A stretch of DNA of 59,273 nt, filler included, from Bipalium vagum (lineage: Eukaryota), in assembly GCA_037834085.1 (NCBI GenBank). It is 3 parts of 3 records of this genome, joined end to end, with 100 filler letters (N's around TTAATTAATTAA, not from the genome) between each part and the next. Parts side by side here need not be neighbours in the genome. Positions count along the whole stretch, not along the records: positions 43,353 to 59,273 come from JBBMKC010138269.1; 2 more parts are not named here. One strand, given 5' to 3'. Below are positions 54,860-59,273 of this stretch, one piece after another (the first letter of the stretch is position 1; each line of letters starts with the position of its first letter). Position numbers and translations under genes: made by a program. The notes beneath the pieces are model-generated. The model did no database searches and was not told the origin of the DNA. It worked only from the letters and a program-made list of their open reading frames with translations.

Positions 54860-55260
54860 AGACTATGATTTCATTTATGTCATCTGAAACATCTTTCAGA
54901 ATGGATTTTTAAATCACCATTTGGTAAAATATTTGGAGAAAGTATGTCTTCCAATAGGGCTCTACTCCTGATCTTAGTTTAGAAAACACAAGCATGGCTT
55001 TAGGGGAATGTGATTGATCAATTTATTTAAAGTCACCCTCGAGCCCTGACTGCAATCTCTAGATATAATCTCTATATATGGAGCACAGTTGAGTCACGAG
55101 TTAACTCTAAATCTCATAACACAATCAAGTACTTACAAGATGTTATCATGGAGATAATGACTAAATTGGACATGGAGGAGGTCAAGTGAGCATGAAACTT
55201 ATACCAAACCCGACTTGAGAGGTTTGTGACCTCTCCAATAGGGATCATATCGAATAATCG
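54860..55260 (+). mobile_element. Tc1/maT-like transposase 3' fragment
   Basis: YVFQ*GSTP, KTQAWL, PSSPDCNL, IWSTVESRVNSKSHNT. Confidence 0.8.
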
Positions 55261-55615
55261 TAAAATTTACACTTTCATTCAGATGTGTGCTAATTTTTAT
55301 AGAAATAAAGTTGTTATTTTTGTTTATTTACGTTTTAAAAATTAAAATTACATAAATTATAAGACATGTTACATTTAAACGACAATAAGGTTATGAAAGA
55401 AAAATATAAAATGTTTTTCTAAGCTCTCCATTATTAAATTTAAATATATTATTTTTCCTTTTATTCACAGCTCTTATTATTCATTATTCATATATTAATT
55501 CTGTCTAATATGCTAAGATGAAATTTAGGATGAAAGGAATATCTTGTACAAATCTTACATATTGAAAATATGTTAATTTTTTTGCATTTTATTATTAATT
55601 TTTCTAATTATTAAT

Positions 55616-55755
55616 NNNNNNNNNNNNNNNNNNNNNNNNNNNNNNNNNNNNNNNNNNNNNNNNNNNNNNNNNNNNNNNNNNNNNNNNNNNNNNNNNNNNN
55701 NNNNNNNNNNNNNNNNNNNNNNNNNNNNNNNNNNNNNNNNNNNNNNNNNNNNNNN
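55616..55755. other. assembly gap (N run)
   Basis: Run of N. Confidence 0.99.
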
Positions 55756-56559
55756 ATTATTACAATAATTATTAAAATATTTCAATAGAAATAATATTTC
55801 TTGTATATGTAAGAAATGTTTAATATTAGTACGAAAACAAATAATATATTATTAGCTAATGAAGTCTAAATTTCCTCTATTTGCCACATAATATTTTCCT
55901 TTTTCTTAAAGCTTTCAGTAGTAAAATATTATCTCTCTAATCACATCTCTTTTACTTTCTTCATTATCCGGAAAAGATTTTGCTTTTTTCATTTAATTAA
56001 ATTCATCAAATATTCTAATTATCCTAACATATTTTCACGATAAAATAAACTAAATAATAATTATTAGAGAATATTGTTTATGTTTGTTTTCTCTATTGTT
56101 GCAAAACGTTATAAACTTCGCGTATCAAGCCAATTTATGGAATGCTTTTGCTACATCAACTAAAAAAGCATTATTATCAAATTTATCTTGACCAAGTTTA
56201 TTTATTGCTTTATGTATATTGTTTATTATTTTGTTTATTTTTTATTATTTAATTTTTATTATTTATTTTACTTGATTATTTTTACTAAATACCCAATACA
56301 TCATTCCAGGTTTAATAATGAAGACATTAGACGTTTTTCTTTCATTATTCTCTCATAATTTTATATCTGTACCATTGTCTTATATTTTTGTTTTAATTTT
56401 TTAGAAATCTTGTTAGACATTTAATATTGATGACATTAGTAGCTTTGTCAAATCGTGTTTACCTTAAATGACACATAGATCATTATTCTATTATGAGATA
56501 CCTCATGGGTAACAGTATATATAATGATATATTATCAACTTTACAAAACATCTGTATCA

Positions 56560-56931
56560 CTTCAACTAGGTGATATGTAGCTATTTTATTAACAAACTTT
56601 GTTGGCGTTTATCTACCACTATTTCTAACCGTTGTCTTTTTCTATTCACTAAAGGCATCAGAAAATCATTTTTGTATCGAACTGTGGCTGGAGACGAAAA
56701 TAAAAATAATATTATAATTTCTTTTCCAAACAGTTTTGGATTATCCCGGGGTACTATTATTAGTTAAATCACACCCTAAGGACATATCACCGGATTCTTT
56801 TTTGTTTTAATAGGACTTGCAGGAAATTTTGTATTATAAATATCGAAACCCTTCACAAACATTTACTACAAAATTTTATACACGCACTCAATAATTGAAG
56901 CTGTGAATGAACAGTTGCTAAGGAATCTGTC

Positions 56932-56992
<61 letters not shown>

Positions 56993-57350
56993 AAACCAAA
57001 ATAATTATAATGATTCTTCTGCGCAATGCCAAGGTTCAAGTGACATTACGAAGCTAGAAAAACCCTTTATGGAATTATAACAAAACGTTCTACATCGGAA
57101 ATATATTCTTCAGATATTGCTTCATCATGATTTCACTTGTTTTTCTTTGTATCTTACAAGTTTTCAAAACCCTTTTACAATGTTGAAAGTTCATTCATTG
57201 ACAACTTTTTTCTATTTAAGAGTGCAGAGGTTACATAACGGGATATTCTTCTTTTGCTTGAAAGATGACAACAAAGTCAATAATATAGTAAAATAATAAA
57301 TAAATTATAAGTAATAACAAATAGTAATGACAAAATAAATAAAAATCCAG
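56560..57350 (+). mobile_element. decayed mariner containing a (TTA)n tract at 56932-56988
   Basis: FLYRTVAGDE and YSSDIASS*FHLF. Confidence 0.7.
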
Positions 57351-58559
57351 AAAACAATATAAACTTTTATATACTTTCATGTTAATTAATATTTTATTAT
57401 TATATATGTTTTAAGTGCATTTTCTTATTCAGTTTCATTAACCACATTATCTGTGAGATGACCTACTTTTAAAGGTAAATTGTACAATAAAAATATATAT
57501 TAATATTTTAGATAAACAATATAATTATATTTTAGTGATGATAACGTAATACTGATAACAGAAATGCAGTTATTATTGGCAATATTTTTAAAATATTTTA
57601 GTATTAATTGAAATAGCTATTTGATTTTAATTAAATTTTCGTATTGTAAATTCAAATTAATTTTTTGATAAATTTAATAAATATATTTTAATTAATGCCA
57701 GAAATTAAAATAAATAAATATATGAGATGAACCAACATCAAGAACCTTTGCATGTTCAATTAAATTGAAATTCAAGTCGATTCTTAATAAAAATATTAAT
57801 GATTTCAATTAATCAATTTATTTACTTATTATAAATTTACTTAATATATTATTTAATTATTTATTTATTTATTATTATTATTATTGTTTTATTATTATTT
57901 TTTTTAATTATTATTATTATTTATTATTGTTTTATTTTTATCATTATTATATACCATAATTTTATGTTACTTTTAATTCTTTTATTATTATTATTTATTA
58001 TTATTTTGTTTGGTTATTATTTTTTATTTTTGTTATTATTATTATAAGTACAGTAATTGAAAAATGCAATATAAAAGTAAAATGTAAATTTGATTCCATC
58101 CAGTGAAACGAGGATTTCAAAAGATTAATTTTCCTGGAAATTTGAAACACTTATTTTACCTATACATGTACTCATAATATTTCAAAGATTTTCAGAAATC
58201 AATACGACTTAGAAATAAAATAAGAGATTATTTTATGTTATAGAAAAAATTGATTTTTATATTTTTGAGCCAAATACAATTCCATTTAATATTTTATTAA
58301 TTTACAATAAAATAATGGGCAGATTAATCTTTTTTAATCATATTTTACATTTTTTTATTTAAAGATTTTTTCAATAAAATTTTAACAAATTTTCATTTTA
58401 TTTGACTTTATAATAAAAATTTAAAAAAATAATTAACTTTTATAATTATTCGCTTTGGTTTAGAAAATTTCAAGAGAATTAGCGACTTTGACAGCTCAAT
58501 TCTGATTTTTTTGAGTTTTCATCAAAACATTATTAAAAATTTTTAATGCATATCATTTA

Positions 58560-59273
58560 GGCTTAAAGTAAATAGATTGATTTTTGATCCTCCGTTGTAA
58601 AATATCACATTTATTGTCATAAAAATTATTTTCTCTCAGATTCGTGTTGTCTAAATTTCCCAATCACTTTTCCTTTTTTTATTAGATCATGGCAAAAGAT
58701 CTGTCCCGATTTTTAAAGACATTAAATAAAACAAGTTTATGAAATATTATGAGTATGCATAAGTTTTAATCTTTTCCTAAATATAAATTTAATGTTATAA
58801 AAACCCAATAATTATTTATTTGTACACTATATGCAAAGTAACATCTTTTGTCGTGATGTTTTTTTTTGTTCTATTTTGTTTTTGTTGTTTTGTGACAGGT
58901 GTATTTGTTTTGCCAGAGCCCATCCACAAAATCTGTCGTAAGTAATCCATTTTTCAACTCCAGTAACAATATTCAAAAAGGCTTTTATTCTCTGCCAACC
59001 AAACAGTGATTGGCATAAAGGATTGCTTTGTTACAGTTCGTGTGCCACCGACTTTCCAAGCTTCTGAATTATTCCATTTCGCGTAATTGTCAACTAACAG
59101 ATGTTTGGTTGATTTCTTGCAGATATTTTTTTCATATTTACATGATGATGTATAATGTATCGAACGCGGTCCTCTGAAATCTTCACAATATCAGTAAGTT
59201 CATGAATCTTTATACGACGATCATTCAGAACTGCATTGTGAATCTTTCCAATAATTTCATCAGATGTTGCTGT
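58560..59273 (-). mobile_element. decayed mariner, cut by window end
   Basis: LGKSVAHEL and IVTGVEKWITYD. Confidence 0.8.

Overview
Very AT-rich animal genomic DNA with four assembly gaps, two carrying an artificial TTAATTAATTAA linker. It is littered with decayed Tc1/mariner, pogo, Merlin, piggyBac-like and Penelope-like elements. The clearest gene is a spliced IQSEC/BRAG-type ARF-GEF (IQ, Sec7, PH) on +, with six well-supported exons from 12783 to 22977. A highly divergent syntrophin-like locus (PH1a, PDZ, PH1b, PH2, SU in canonical order, about 18785-21884) lies on the same strand inside one IQSEC intron. A RIM/Piccolo-like PDZ-C2 gene follows (about 26219-46161). The most unusual signal is a set of cryptic exons: the syntrophin-like locus, the RIM-like PDZ exons and the IQSEC exon at 23039. 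They keep splice signals, domain order and mostly frame, yet carry in-frame stops, and they repeatedly show T (sometimes A) where homologues need G (Gly/Trp/Asp/Glu codons). This suggests either an undescribed G-restoring RNA editing/recoding system or strand-biased pseudogene decay. All homology calls are by-eye comparisons to family sequences recalled from memory, not database searches.
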